Shown here: piece after piece, positions 12,029 to 23,507 of the stretch | How the letters are laid out: the number at the start of each line of letters is the position of its first letter | Numbering within the stretch: position 1 is the first letter of the stretch | Source of the DNA: Squalus acanthias | Lineage: Eukaryota | Assembly (NCBI GenBank): GCA_030390025.1 | Contig: JASTWF010000048.1 | Location: 147-64,000, forward strand | Direction of reading: 5' to 3' | Length of the DNA: 63,854 nucleotides | Program-made: the position numbers and the translations under genes | The notes under the pieces: generated by a model | Told to the model about the DNA's origin: nothing | Seen by the model: the letters and a program-made list of their open reading frames with translations, nothing else | Database searches by the model: none

Positions 12029-13357
12029 CACAGTGACTCAGAGAGATGGAGGAGCTCAACAAAAACCCCAAAGGCGGCAGGAAACACCTGTGACTGATGA
12101 AACCGCGCGTTGCCTCGACCTGTTGGGTTTATTTTACAGAACGAAGGCGTTTTTGACAACAAGAAGAGACGGGTAAGAATAAAAGTGAGAGATTAGATAT
12201 AGAGGCACTGGCGAAGGTACAAAGAGAGATTAAAAGGATGACACCAGAATTGAGAGGTTCTAGCTATCAGGAAATGCTGGACAGGCTCGGGCTGTTTTTC
12301 TCGAAAGGAGAAGGCTGAGGGGTGACCTGACAGAGGTCTTTTAGGATTATCAATGTGTTTGATAGGTTAATGTAGTGAAGAAAGATAGAAGGAAAGGAAG
12401 ATAGAAAGAATAAAAGAAAGAAAGATAGGAAGAAAGAGAGAAATAAATAAAGGGAGAAGGAAAGAAAGTAAGAAATAATGTCAGAACAAAATAAAGAAAA
12501 AAGAAAATAAGGAGGCAGGGAAGACAAAAGAGAAGGAAAGAAAGATAGAGAAAATAAAGAATGAAAGATAGAAAGACAGAACGATAGTGAAGAAAAATTG
12601 AACGAAATATAGAAAGAAGGAACTAATAAAAAATCCTTTATTTATACACTGACATTATGCTTTCTTTCTCCACAGGGACAGTAGAGGGCGCTCTAGACCA
12701 TGAAACACATCAGTGCCCGGAACTTGGTTCAATCGGAACACAGGAACAGGAGGAGGCCATTCAGACCTACACGAGCCTCTTACACAGGAACAGGAGGAGG
12801 CTATTCAGATTTATCGAATTAACTGAAATAAAATTCCCTAGTTGCAGTGGTGGGATTTGAACTTTCAGTCTCCAGATTATTTGCCCAAGGCTCTGGATAA
12901 CTGGCCCAGGAACATAACCACTATGCTACCATACCTCATCAACTTCCACCCCTTTGTATTCCAGCCCACTTGAGATATAAGACAACATTCCATTAGCCTT
13001 ATAAATTATTTTTGTACCTATTATTAGTGCTTTGAGTGCATGGGCCCCTAAATTCCTTTGCTCCTCCACATTTCCTAGTTTTTCATCATTTAAAAATACT
13101 CTGATCTAACATTGTTAGGTCCAAAGTTGATGACCTCACACTTGACCACTTAGCCCCTTGAGGCTGTTACCAAGGAACAGGAGGAGACCATTCAGCCCTT
13201 CCAGCCTGCTCCGCCATTCAGTTACATCCTGGCTGATCGTTATTTAAATCCCTCTGCCACTGTTTTGCCCACTCACTGAATCTGCCTATATCGACATCGG
13301 AACTCCCTGTTCCCTCTGCTCCATTCAATGCCAATCAGAGAGGGAGGTGTGGGGCTG

Positions 13358-13830
13358 TCACCTGGGATGGCAGGAATGACATATGAGGAGAGATTGGGTC
13401 GATTGGGCTTATACTCGCTGGAGTATAGAAGAATGAGAGGGGATCTCATCGAAATATGTAAAATTCTGACAGGTCTGGACAAACTAGATGCAGGAAGAAT
13501 GTTCACGATGGTCGGAGAATCCAGAACCAGGGGTCACAGTCTAAGGATAACGGGTAAGCCATTTAGGACAGAAATGAGGAAGAATTTCTTCACCCAGAGA
13601 GTGGTGAAACTGTGGAATTCTCTACCGCAGAAGGTAGTTGAGGCCAAGTCATTAAATATATTCAAGAATGAGTTAGATATATTTCTTAAAGCTAAAGGTA
13701 TCAACGGATATGGGGAGAAGGCAGGTACAGAGTACTGAGTTTGGATGATCAGCCATTATCTCATCGAATGACCAAGCAGGCTCGAGGGGCCGAATGGCCT
13801 ACTCCTGCTCCTATCTTCTATGTTTCTATG
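13358..13830 (+). mobile_element. CR1 LINE 3' fragment
   Basis: YEERLGRLGLYSLE..RTRGH..WNSLP plus 3' tail. Confidence 0.9.
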
Positions 13831-14047
13831 TAATCAGAGAGGGTGGGGCGGGGTCTGTCATTCAGACTGGGAGTTGGCGGAGTCTGTCAATCAGAGAGGG
13901 AGGGGCGGGACTCTCCAAACTTGCATCACTTCCTTACACTCGTCATGTTTTCCTCAATGATTTGAAAAGAGCGGGTTGGATCCTCACAAGACACAACTCT
14001 CCTGTTCTCGCTCTTTTCCTTATTAAGAGAAAAGCTTCAATTGAAAG

Positions 14048-14123
14048 ATGTATCTGTTACTGGGTCTGATCATGCTGTTTCACCGTAAGGGATTTTTTCA
14101 AACAATAGGTCTTGTTAATAACC

Positions 14124-14175
<52 letters not shown>

Positions 14176-14531
14176 TTCTCCCATTGCCCGATTGTCCCAA
14201 TTTACTGACCTTCTCCTCTCTTGTCTCTTTCCCAGTTGTGAACTCGCAGAATATCCGCCAGACTCCCGTCGCTGTCTCCAGAGTTCCTGGGGAGGGAGTG
14301 GAACTGAAGTGCGACTTGGAAATCACCAGTGATCCTTACATGTTCTGGTACAGACAATCCCCGGGGAAGGAACCGCAGTTGATGTTTTACTCCCCAACTT
14401 TAGAAAGCGTGACTGCAGAGGGGACGGTGGACGGTTTTACCGCCGAGCGACCGAATGGCTACCCGTTCAGCTTAAAGTCCTCCACCCTGCGGACGATTCA
14501 CTCGGCCGTGTATTACTGCGCCTGGAGTCTT
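14048..14531 (+). CDS. TRBV: TCR beta V segment, family A, intact (V3)
   Basis: Leader 14048-14084; V exon 14236-14531; RSS CACAGCG(14532)-23-ACAAAAACC(14562-14570). Confidence 0.92.
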
Positions 14532-14894
14532 CACAGCGACGCAGAGAGATGGAGGAGCTGAACAAAAACCCCAAAGCCGGCAGGAAATACCTGTGGGGGA
14601 TTGAATTGTGCAGTGCCGCGACCTGCTGTTTTATTTTTACAGAGCGAACGTGTTTTTGAGAAAAAGAAGAGAAGGGTTAGAATAAAAGTGAGTGATTAGA
14701 TACAGAGGCACTGGAGAAAGTGCAAAGAAAGATTAACAAGGATGACACCAGTACTGAGAGTTTGCAACTGTCTGGAAAGTATAACAATAAAAAGACTTTC
14801 GCCTTTCGTCTCCAACACTGTGTTTTCTGACTCCACAGGAACACCAGAGGGCGCTCTATGAGCATAAAACACTTCTGTTACGAGAACATAGTTG

Positions 14895-16678
14895 AGAAGT
14901 CGCACAACACCAGGTTATAGTCTAACAGTTGTATTTGAAATTACGAGCTTTCGGAGCTCTGCTCCTTCGTCAGGTACAGTGAGGGAATACAAATCGGTTA
15001 CAAAGTATATATAGACAGAGAACAATGTGTCGGCAGAGCTACAATCAGTCAGGAAGGCATTACATCAAAGACACAGCAGAGTACAGCTAGGACAATGAGG
15101 TGGGATCACAGGGGGCCCAACGTGTCAAATGCTGCAGTCTGCAGTTAAGCTTTTTACTTTTTTTAAAACTGGAATTCACATCTGTGAACCAGACAACGAC
15201 GTCGAGTGACGTCCTGTAGCGTGACATGAAACCGAGATCCCGGTTGATGCCGTCCTCATGGGTGTGGAACTTGACTATCAGTTTCTGTTCGATAATTTTG
15301 TGTTGTCGTGTGTCATGAAGGCCGCCTTGGAGAACGCTAACCCGCAATCCGAGGCTGAATGTCCTTGACTGCTGAAGTGTTCCCCGACTGGGAGGTAACA
15401 ATCCTGCCTGGTGATTGTTGCGCGGTGTCCGTTCATATGTTGTCTCAGTGTCTGCATGGTCTCACCGATGTACCATGCCGCGGTGCATTCTTTCCTGCAA
15501 CGTACGAGGTAGACAAAGTTGGCCGAGTCACATGAGTATGTACCATGTACCTGGTGGGTAGTGTCCTCACGTGTGATGATGGTATCTGTGTTGATGATCT
15601 GGCATGTATTGCAGAGGTTGCCGTGGCAAGGTTGTGTGGTGTCGTGGTCGCTGTTCTCCTGACAGCTGGGTAATTTGCTGTGAACGATGGTACTTTTGAG
15701 GTTAGGCGGCTGCTTGAAGGCGAGTAGTGGAGGCGTGGGGATGGCCTTAGCAAGGTGTTCGTCATCATCGATGACATGTTGAATGCTGCGAAGAACATGG
15801 CGTAGTTTCTCCGCTCCGGGGAAGTACTGGACGACGTAGGGTACTCTGTTGGTTGTGTCCCGTGTTCGCCTTCTGAGGAGGTCTATGCGATTTTTCGCTG
15901 TGGCCCGTCAGAACTGTCGATCGACGAGTCGAGCGTCATATCCCGTTCATACGAGGGCGTCTTTCAGCGTCCGTAGGTGTCCATCGCATTCCTCCTCGTC
16001 TGAGCAGATCCTGTGTATTCGCAGGGCTTGTCCATAGGGGATGGCTTCTTTAACGTGGTTAGGGTGGAAGCTGGAGAAGTGGAGCATCGTGAGGTTGTCC
16101 GTGGGCTTGCGGTAGAGTGAATTGCTGAGGTGTCCGTCTTTGATGGAGATTCGTGTGTCCACGAATGAAACCGATTCTGAGGAGTAGTCCATGGTGAGTT
16201 TGATGGTGGGATGGAACCTGTTGATGAACCCATGGACCAGTTGAACCAGGAACACTCCTCGCCACGATGGACGTATCAGCACTCTACACCAGTATCCCCC
16301 ATGATGATGGCATTGCTGCGACAGCCTCAGTACTCAACACCAACAACAGCCAATCTCCAGACGCCATCCTAGAACTCATCCGCTTCATCTTTGACCACAA
16401 TGTCTTCACCTTCGAAAACAGTTTTTTACCCAAACACACGGAACTGCCATGGGGACCAAATTCGCACCCCAATGCGCAAACAACTTCATGCACAAGTTCG
16501 AGCAAGACTTCTTCGCTGCACAGGACCTTCAACCAAAGCTGTACATCAGATACATCGACGACATCTTCTTCCTTTGGACCCACGGTGAAGGATCACTGAA
16601 AGGACTACACGATAGCATCAACAGGTTCCATCCCACCATCAAACTCACCATTGACTACTCCTCAGAATTGGTTTCATT
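14895..16678 (-). mobile_element. Penelope-like retroelement (RT and GIY-YIG) with inverted RT segment
   Basis: Minus strand YRKPTD..HFSSFHP..IPYGQALRIHRICS and GIY-YIG-type C-terminus; plus strand 16245-16678 DVSALYTSIPH..MGTKFAP..RYIDDIF. Confidence 0.88.
14942..14976 (-). ncRNA. Minimal type I hammerhead ribozyme in Penelope terminus
   Basis: Minus strand UAC CUGACGA A GGAGC AGA GCUCC GAAA GC UC GUA: core boxes, 5-bp stem II, palindromic AGCU stem III, 3-bp stem I. Confidence 0.7.
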
Positions 16679-17655
16679 CAACCCCTCGAGCCTATTACAC
16701 AGGAACAGGAGGAGGCCATTCAGCCCCTCAACTCTATTACACAGGAACAGGAGGAGGCCATTTAGCCCCTCGAGCCTGTTAAATATGAATAGGAGGAGGC
16801 CACTTAGCCCCTCGAGCCTGTTACACAGGAACAGGAGGAGGCCATTCAGCCCCTCGAGCCTGTTACACAGGAACAGGAGGAGGCCATTCAGCCCCTCGAG
16901 CCTGTTACACAGGAACAGGAGGAGGCCATTCAGCCCCTCAACTCTGTTTTACAGGAACAGGAGGAGGCCATTCAGCCCCACGAGCCTCTTACACAGGAAT
17001 AGGAGGAGGCCATTCAGCCTCTTGAGCCTGTTACATAGGAAAAGTAAGAGGCCATTCAACCCCTCGAGCCTGTTACACAGGAACAGGAGGAGGCCATTCA
17101 GCCCCTCGAGCCTGTTACACAGGAACAGGAGGAGGCCATTCAGCCCCTCAACTCTGTTACACAGGAACAGGAGGAGGCCATTCAGTCCCTCGAGCCTGTT
17201 ACACAGGAACAGGAGGAGGTCATTCAGCCCCTCGAGCCTGTTACACAGGAACAGGAGGAGACCATTCAGCCCCTCGAGCCTGTTACACAGGAACAGGAGG
17301 AGGCCATTAAGCCCCTGAACTCTGTTTTACAGGAACAGGAGGAGGCCATTCAGCCCCTCAACTCTGTCACACAGAAACAGGCGTAGACCATTCAACCCCT
17401 CAACTCTATTAGACAGGAACAGGAGGTGGCCATTTAGCACCTCGAGCCTGTTAAATATGAATAGGAGGAGGCCACTTAGCCTCTCGAGCCTGTTACACAG
17501 GGACAGGAGGAGGCCATTCAGCCCCTCTAGACTGTATCACAGGAACAGGAGGAGGCCATTCAGCCTCTCAACTCTGTTACACAGGAACAGGAGGAGTCCA
17601 CTTAGCCCCTCGAGCCTGTTAACCATGAACAGGAGATGGCCATTTAGCCCCTTCA
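16678..17655. repeat. Longest 42-bp minisatellite array
   Basis: About 23 tandem units. Confidence 0.92.
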
Positions 17656-18387
17656 GACAGTTCAATGGGTTCATGGCTGAACTGGTTCCTATCTCCATAT
17701 ACCCGCCTTTGCCACATATCGCTTAATACCTTTGGTTAACAGAAATCTATCAAACTCAGATATAAAATTTTCAATTGACCTAGAATCAACCGCCCTTTTT
17801 GGAAGAGAGTTTAAACTTCTGCCACCCTTTGTGTGTAGAAGTGTTTGCTAACTTCAAGCCTGAACCGCCTCGCCATGTCCCCTTGTCCTAGACTCCCCAA
17901 ACAGCAGAAGTATTTTCTCTATATCTACCACATCAGTTCTCCGTAATATCTTTAAAACTTCGATCAAATCACCACTTAATCTTCTAAATTCCAGGGAACA
18001 AAAGCCCAGTTTTTGTAATCTCTCCTCGAAACTTAACCCTTAATGTCCAGTTATCACTCCGGTAAATGCTAAGGTGTCGTGCCCAGAACTGAGCACAGTG
18101 CTCCTGTTGTGGTCTAACCAGCGCTTTGTATCGCTGAATCATAACGTCTACCCCCTTGTATTCTCGTCGTCTCGTTATAAAGCCCAGAATTCCATTAGAC
18201 TTTTTGAGTATTATCTGCACCTGTCCATGACATTTTAATGATCTATGTACATGGAGCACTGAGTCTCTTTGGATCTCCATTGTTTCTAGCTTTTCACCAT
18301 TTAGAAAATTTTCTGATCATTCCTATTCCCTATTCCCGATTACATTAGGTCATGTACCAAAGTGGATGACCTTACACTTAGGTACAT

Positions 18388-20029
18388 TGTAAGGGATTTG
18401 AACGTGCGTGTCTCTCAGCCTGTGAGATTCGCGCGGCTCTGTGCAGCCTGTATGTCAGTGCGGGTTTAGGCCTTGTTGCCTGTTCTGGTCTCCAGCCAGT
18501 CTGGGAGCACTAGACACACCTGTGAGTGGTTCGAATCACTCGCCCTTACGGTTCTTGACACTGGACTTAGATGCGAGAGCAGTAATGGAGATGAAACTCA
18601 TGTAGACTCGGTTGAATGGTACGAAATGGAAAATCTTTATTGCATGATATTTAAGATTACGAAATACATGTCATAAGCACAGATTAATGACAGTACAATC
18701 TTACACGCAGTTATATAGCTAATTCTGGGGAAACGAGGAACGAACGACACACCGTAAATAGGGGCACACATTACAAGTATCCTTAATACTTAAACCCTCC
18801 CCTATCAATATCTGTCCTAGCTAGATTCGTAGGATTCGAGACTCATGCTCACCACTCGTGATAACTCGGAGAAATTCCGAATAGCTGATCGGATGTTTTC
18901 ACCACAGCACCCACGTGTAGATCAGGGGGTCTCCTGGTCCCACTTGTTTACTTGCTTCTGCTCCGGCGAGCAGGCTGGAACGTCTGCTGTGATGAAGATC
19001 TGTGTTGGTTGGTTTAACAGGCACTGTCCTGATGGGTTTCACAGACCAGTCAATATCTTCTTGGAGGATCTTCCGAGGTCCGTTCTTGCAAGTTCAAAGA
19101 AGTCTCCCTGGCAAGGAAACTTGGCTATTCGACCTACAGGCGCGGTCGGGGCTTACTGACCGTGGCGATGAGCATGGTCTTCCTCTCTTCTCATCTCATC
19201 TCATCTCATCTCATCTCATCCCGGGCCTTTGGTTCCGATGCCAGTTACCAACATAGGTCTTTGTTACACGACACGAGGTAGATCCAAACGGATCACAAAG
19301 TTCAACAGTCCTTTTCAAAGAGGCACCAGGCAAGCAGGAACAAGACTACGAGTCAAAACACAGGAGCAGCCACGAGGATACGAGTCGATCGGATAAGAGA
19401 AAGATGGACGGTTGGAGCTTGTAATTATAGTACAAAATCTTCCGTTTCCCGCCCAACCTTAATGTCCTTTCTGTTGTTTGGGTTTGGCGCTCAAATGTCT
19501 TGTATGGGTGATCTCCGTTCTTAATGGGTTTCGGGGCTACTCGTAAATGCCTGAGTACCTGTTAATATTTCTCCCATTGTTAAATCGGTCGGTGTTCTCC
19601 CTGGAGGGGTTTTGGGGCTTTCAAGTGTTTTGTATAACTACCCGCTAACGGCTCTCTCATCGTAGAGTCGTTGGGATTTTACATATTAATGTCTTTGGAT
19701 GGGCCCTTGATTACTTGGTACAATAGCTTTCATTCGTACCTGGGAGACCGATTTCAGTATTTATGTGTATACTGCAAACCCATAATGTCTCGTGTATTAT
19801 CTTCAATGTGCTGAATCTTAATCGATCTTGCACAAATGTTTATTGGAACGCCATCTTGTCTGCCTGTCGAAAAGTCTAGAATGTTCTGCCACGAGGTGCG
19901 GCGGCCATTTTACAGGCTGCTTGTGTCCACTTTGAAAAACCTGACAGCATTCTGCTGAAATAAAAGCTGTTTGAACGAAATCTGTGTTTTCTCCTTTTAA
20001 TAAAATCGCGATATATTGCGAATTCTACA
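18388..20029 (-). mobile_element. Long solo LTR (1642 bp) with 4-bp TSD, inserted in a CR1 fragment
   Basis: TGTA...TACA flanked by ACAT (18384-18387, 20030-20033); empty site in paralogue ~28117; minus-strand TATATAA (18711-18717) and AATAAA (18636-18641). Confidence 0.82.
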
Positions 20030-20976
20030 ACATTGAAATCAATTTGCCACAGTTTTGCCTTCTTACTTAATCTTTTAATATTTCTTTGTAAGTTAATGCT
20101 GTCTCTACTCTGTGTGCCATGCTGCCTATCTTGTGTCATTGGCAGATTTGAATATGTGGCTTTCTATCCCATCATCTAAGTCGTTCATAAATACGGTAAA
20201 TAGTTGAGGCCATGACACAAAACCTGTGGGAAAGCTTTAGTCACAAGATGCCAATTGGAATACCTGCCCATTATCTCAACTCTCTGTCTCCTGCCGTTCA
20301 GCCATTTGCATAATCAGGTCAATAAATTGCTTTCAATTCCCTGTCCTTCAACTTTAGCTAACAATCTCTTATGAGGAATAGTAGGAAGCCATTCGAACAC
20401 TCGAGCCTTTTACACAGGAGCAGGAGGAGGCCTTTCAGCCCCTGGAGCCCGTTAAACAAGTACAGGAGTTGGCCCATTCAGCCTTTCGACCCTGTTACAT
20501 AGAAACAGGAGGACGCCTCTGCAGCCACTCAAGACTATTATATATGAACAGGAGTTGGTCCATTCAGCCTTTCGAACCTGTTACATAGGGTGCCCTGCAG
20601 CCACTCAAGCCTATTGTATATGAACAGGAGGCCATTTAGCCCCACGAGCCAATTGCATATGTCCATGTCCCCATTGCAACTTTCTGATCGCATCAACTCA
20701 ACTTAATTCCAATCAGAGAGGGAGGGCCGGAGCGGCCAATCAGAGAGGGAGGGGCGGAGCTTTGTATGTGCAGTGTTTTCTTCTGAATGATGAAGATCGT
20801 TGCACTTTACACCCGCCAGTTCCGGGCCTTGCACACAACAGTTTCAGAGTTCGGATCTCTGACCAAGTACATTGATTCTAATTGGTTTGACCGGGGAAGG
20901 AGGCGTGTCCAACCCTGCATCACTTCCTTATGCTCTTCCTGTTTTCCTCAATTATTTCACAAGAGCCGGTGAGGCG

Positions 20977-20986
20977 GTGACGTCAG
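20977..20986 (+). promoter_or_regulatory. TCR V-beta decamer/CRE upstream of family B leader
   Basis: GGTGACGTCA ~100 bp 5' of ATG; related TGACGTCA ~43845 and GGAAGTGACG at 42543 and ~52127 (family C). Confidence 0.7.
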
Positions 20987-21081
20987 AAACACAGGACCCG
21001 CCTCCAACAAGTAACCAATCGGTGAAATTCTCTGAGAAGCGGTTCCCGACTGAATCAGGAGCAGCGAATGAGCGGAGGGGG

Positions 21082-21946
21082 ATGGAAGTGTGGGGCTGTG
21101 GGACCGCGTGTCTCTCACTCCTGCTCCACTGTCTGAGTCTGGAGATCAGCTCTGGTCAGCGCACGTTTACTTTTCAATGCAATTTGTTTTAATAACGAGA
21201 GAAAGTGAGAGACTGAGGTAGTCAGTGAGGGAGTGAGGGAGACAGAGAGTCACAAACAGACAGAAAGAGATAAATAAAGGGTGAGGGAACGAGTCGGTGA
21301 GAGAGAGACAGATACACAGATTGAGAGTCATAGAAAGTGAGTGAGGGATTGTGAGAGAAAGAGTAATTGATAGAAACAGAGAGAGAGTGAGTGAGTGAGA
21401 GACATAGAGATGGAGTGAGCAATTGAGACAGAGAGAGAGACAGAAAGTATGAGTGAGGGAGTGAGAGAGACAGAGATTGATAGAGAGGGAGAAACAGTTA
21501 GATAGATAGATAGATATACATATATATATATAGATAGATAGATAGACCTACATAGAGATATCTAGGAAGATAAATAGAGAGACCGATATATATATAGATA
21601 GATAGAGCGAGTTGCCCATTAATTCTGAGGTTTGAATCTCACTCTCCACATTTCACAGGCAGCAGAGGCTGGTTTGTGGAACAGGGGCCGGTGTCACTGA
21701 CCGTGTCCGAGAGCGAGCTGTTCCAGGTGAGTTGCGTGCTGAAGGAACCGAACTACAGCCACCTGTACTGGTACCGGCAGTATCCCGACTCAGAGCCCGA
21801 GGCCCTGATCTACTCCAACACCAAGGGGGCAGTTACTCCGTACACCAAGGAGCCGTTTACAGACCGGAGACCCAGCGAGACGCACTTCCTTCTGAAAGCG
21901 GCCAACCTGTCACGTTCCGCCGTCTTTTACTGCGCTTGCAGTAATG
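21082..21946 (+). CDS. TRBV: TCR beta V segment, family B (ends FYCACSN), apparently intact (V4)
   Basis: Leader 21082-21154 (MEVWGCGTACLSLLLHCLSLEISS, phase-1 GTCAGC donor); V exon 21659-21946 with Cys, WYRQ, Cys; RSS CACAGCG(21947)-23-ACAAAAAGA(21977-21985). Confidence 0.85.
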
Positions 21947-22231
21947 CACAGCGCAGCAAAGAGCGACATGCTCCGTACAAAAAGACAGCACCAGAGAGAG
22001 AGAGACAGGGAGAGTCAGATAGAGAGGGTGGAAGTGAGAGAGAAGAAGATAGTGAGAGACAGAGAGAGAGATTGGTTCGCTCTTGGAAGGGGCGTGTCCA
22101 ACCCTGCATCACTGCCTCACTCTGCTCAGGGTTTCCTCAATGATTTTTAAAGAGCGGGTTGGCTCCTCACAAGACTCCAGGCTCCTGTTCTCGTTGCTTT
22201 CAATTATTAAGAGAAAAATTTCCAGTAAAAG

Positions 22232-22569
22232 ATGTATTTGTTACTGGGTCTGAAAATTTTGCTCCACCGTAAGGGACAATACATCTTGTTAATAAGCTTC
22301 CCTTTACTCTTTCCTTCTTTCTCTCTCTTTCCCAGATGTGAATTCGCAGAGTATCCGCCTGTTTCTCCAGATTTCCCGGGGATGGAGTGGTCCTGAAGTG
22401 CACTCTGGAAAGCACCAGTAACCATCGCATGTGCTGGTACAGACAATACCCGGGGAAAGAGCCCGCAATTCATGTTTTACTCCGCGGGTACCAATCACGT
22501 GACTCCAGAGGGGACGGTGGACGGTTTTCCCGCCGAGCGATCGAATGATTACGAGTTCAACTTAAAGTT
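22232..22569 (+). pseudogene. TRBV: TRBV family A pseudogene, frameshifted and 3'-truncated (V5)
   Basis: Leader 22232-22268; V from 22336 with an FR1 deletion; breaks off after 'EFNLK' into SINE sequence; no second Cys or RSS. Confidence 0.88.
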
Positions 22570-23097
22570 ATCTAATTAACTGAATTGAAATTCCCGCAGC
22601 TACCAGTGGTGGGATTTAAACTCACGTCTCCGGATTATTAACCCAAGGCTCTGAATTACTGGCCCAGGAACATAACCACTATGCTACCGTACCCCATAAA
22701 CTGACCCATCACTTCCACCCCTTTGTATTCCAGTCCACTTGAAATATAAGACAGCATTCCTAGAGTCTTATAAATTATTTTTGTACCTATTATTAGTGCT
22801 TTGAGTGCATGTACTCCTAAATTCCTTTGCTCCTCCACAGTTCCTAGTTTCTAATCATTTAAAAATACTCTGATCTAATTTTGTTAGGTCCAAAGTTGAT
22901 GACCTCATACTTGCCCACTTAGCCCCTTGAGCCAGTTACCAAAAACAGGAGGAGACCATTCAGCCCCTCCAGCCTGCTCCGCTTTTCAGTTACATCCTGG
23001 CTGATCATTATTTAAATCCCTCTGCCACTGTTTTGTCTACTCATTGAATCTGTCTAAATCTCCATTGGAACTTCCTGTTCCCTCTGCTCTATTCAAC

Positions 23098-23370
23098 GCC
23101 AATCAGAGAGGGAGGTGTGGGGCTGTCAATAAGAGAGGGAGGGCCGGGGCTGTCAATTAGAGGCGGAGGGGTCGGAGCTGTCAATCAGAGAGGGAGGGAC
23201 GGGGCTGTCAATCAGAGAGGGAGGGGACGGGGCTGTTAATCAGAGAGGGAGGGACGGGGCTGTCAATCAGAGTGGGTGGGGGCAGGGCTGTCAATCCACG
23301 GGAGGATGGGCGGTGCTGTCAATCAGAGAGGGAGCGAGTTTGTCTGTCAATCAGAGAGGGAGGGGCGGCA
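23098..23370 (+). repeat. ~27-bp promoter-proximal tandem array (GCTGTCAATCAGAGAGGGAGGGGCGG); paralogous arrays before most V promoters
   Basis: About ten units here; others at ~3352, 13830, 33180, 35545, 41383, 46790, 49143, 56270, 58608, 63470. Confidence 0.85.
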
Positions 23371-23507
23371 CTGGCCAAACCTGCATCAGTTCCTTCCGCT
23401 CTTTATGTTTTCCTCAATGATTTGAAAAGAGCGGGTTGGATCCTCACAAGACACATCTCTCCTCTTCTCGCTCTTTTCCTTATTAAGAGAAAAGCTTCAA
23501 TTGAAAG

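Noticed and set aside
12029-12097. Conserved read-through peptide HSDSERWRSSTKTPKAAGNTC after V exons
   Set aside because: It is the translated RSS and flank; several copies stop at TGA inside the spacer
16678-17655. CRISPR-like regular repeat array
   Set aside because: Head-to-tail tandem repeats with no unique spacers; vertebrate context, no cas genes
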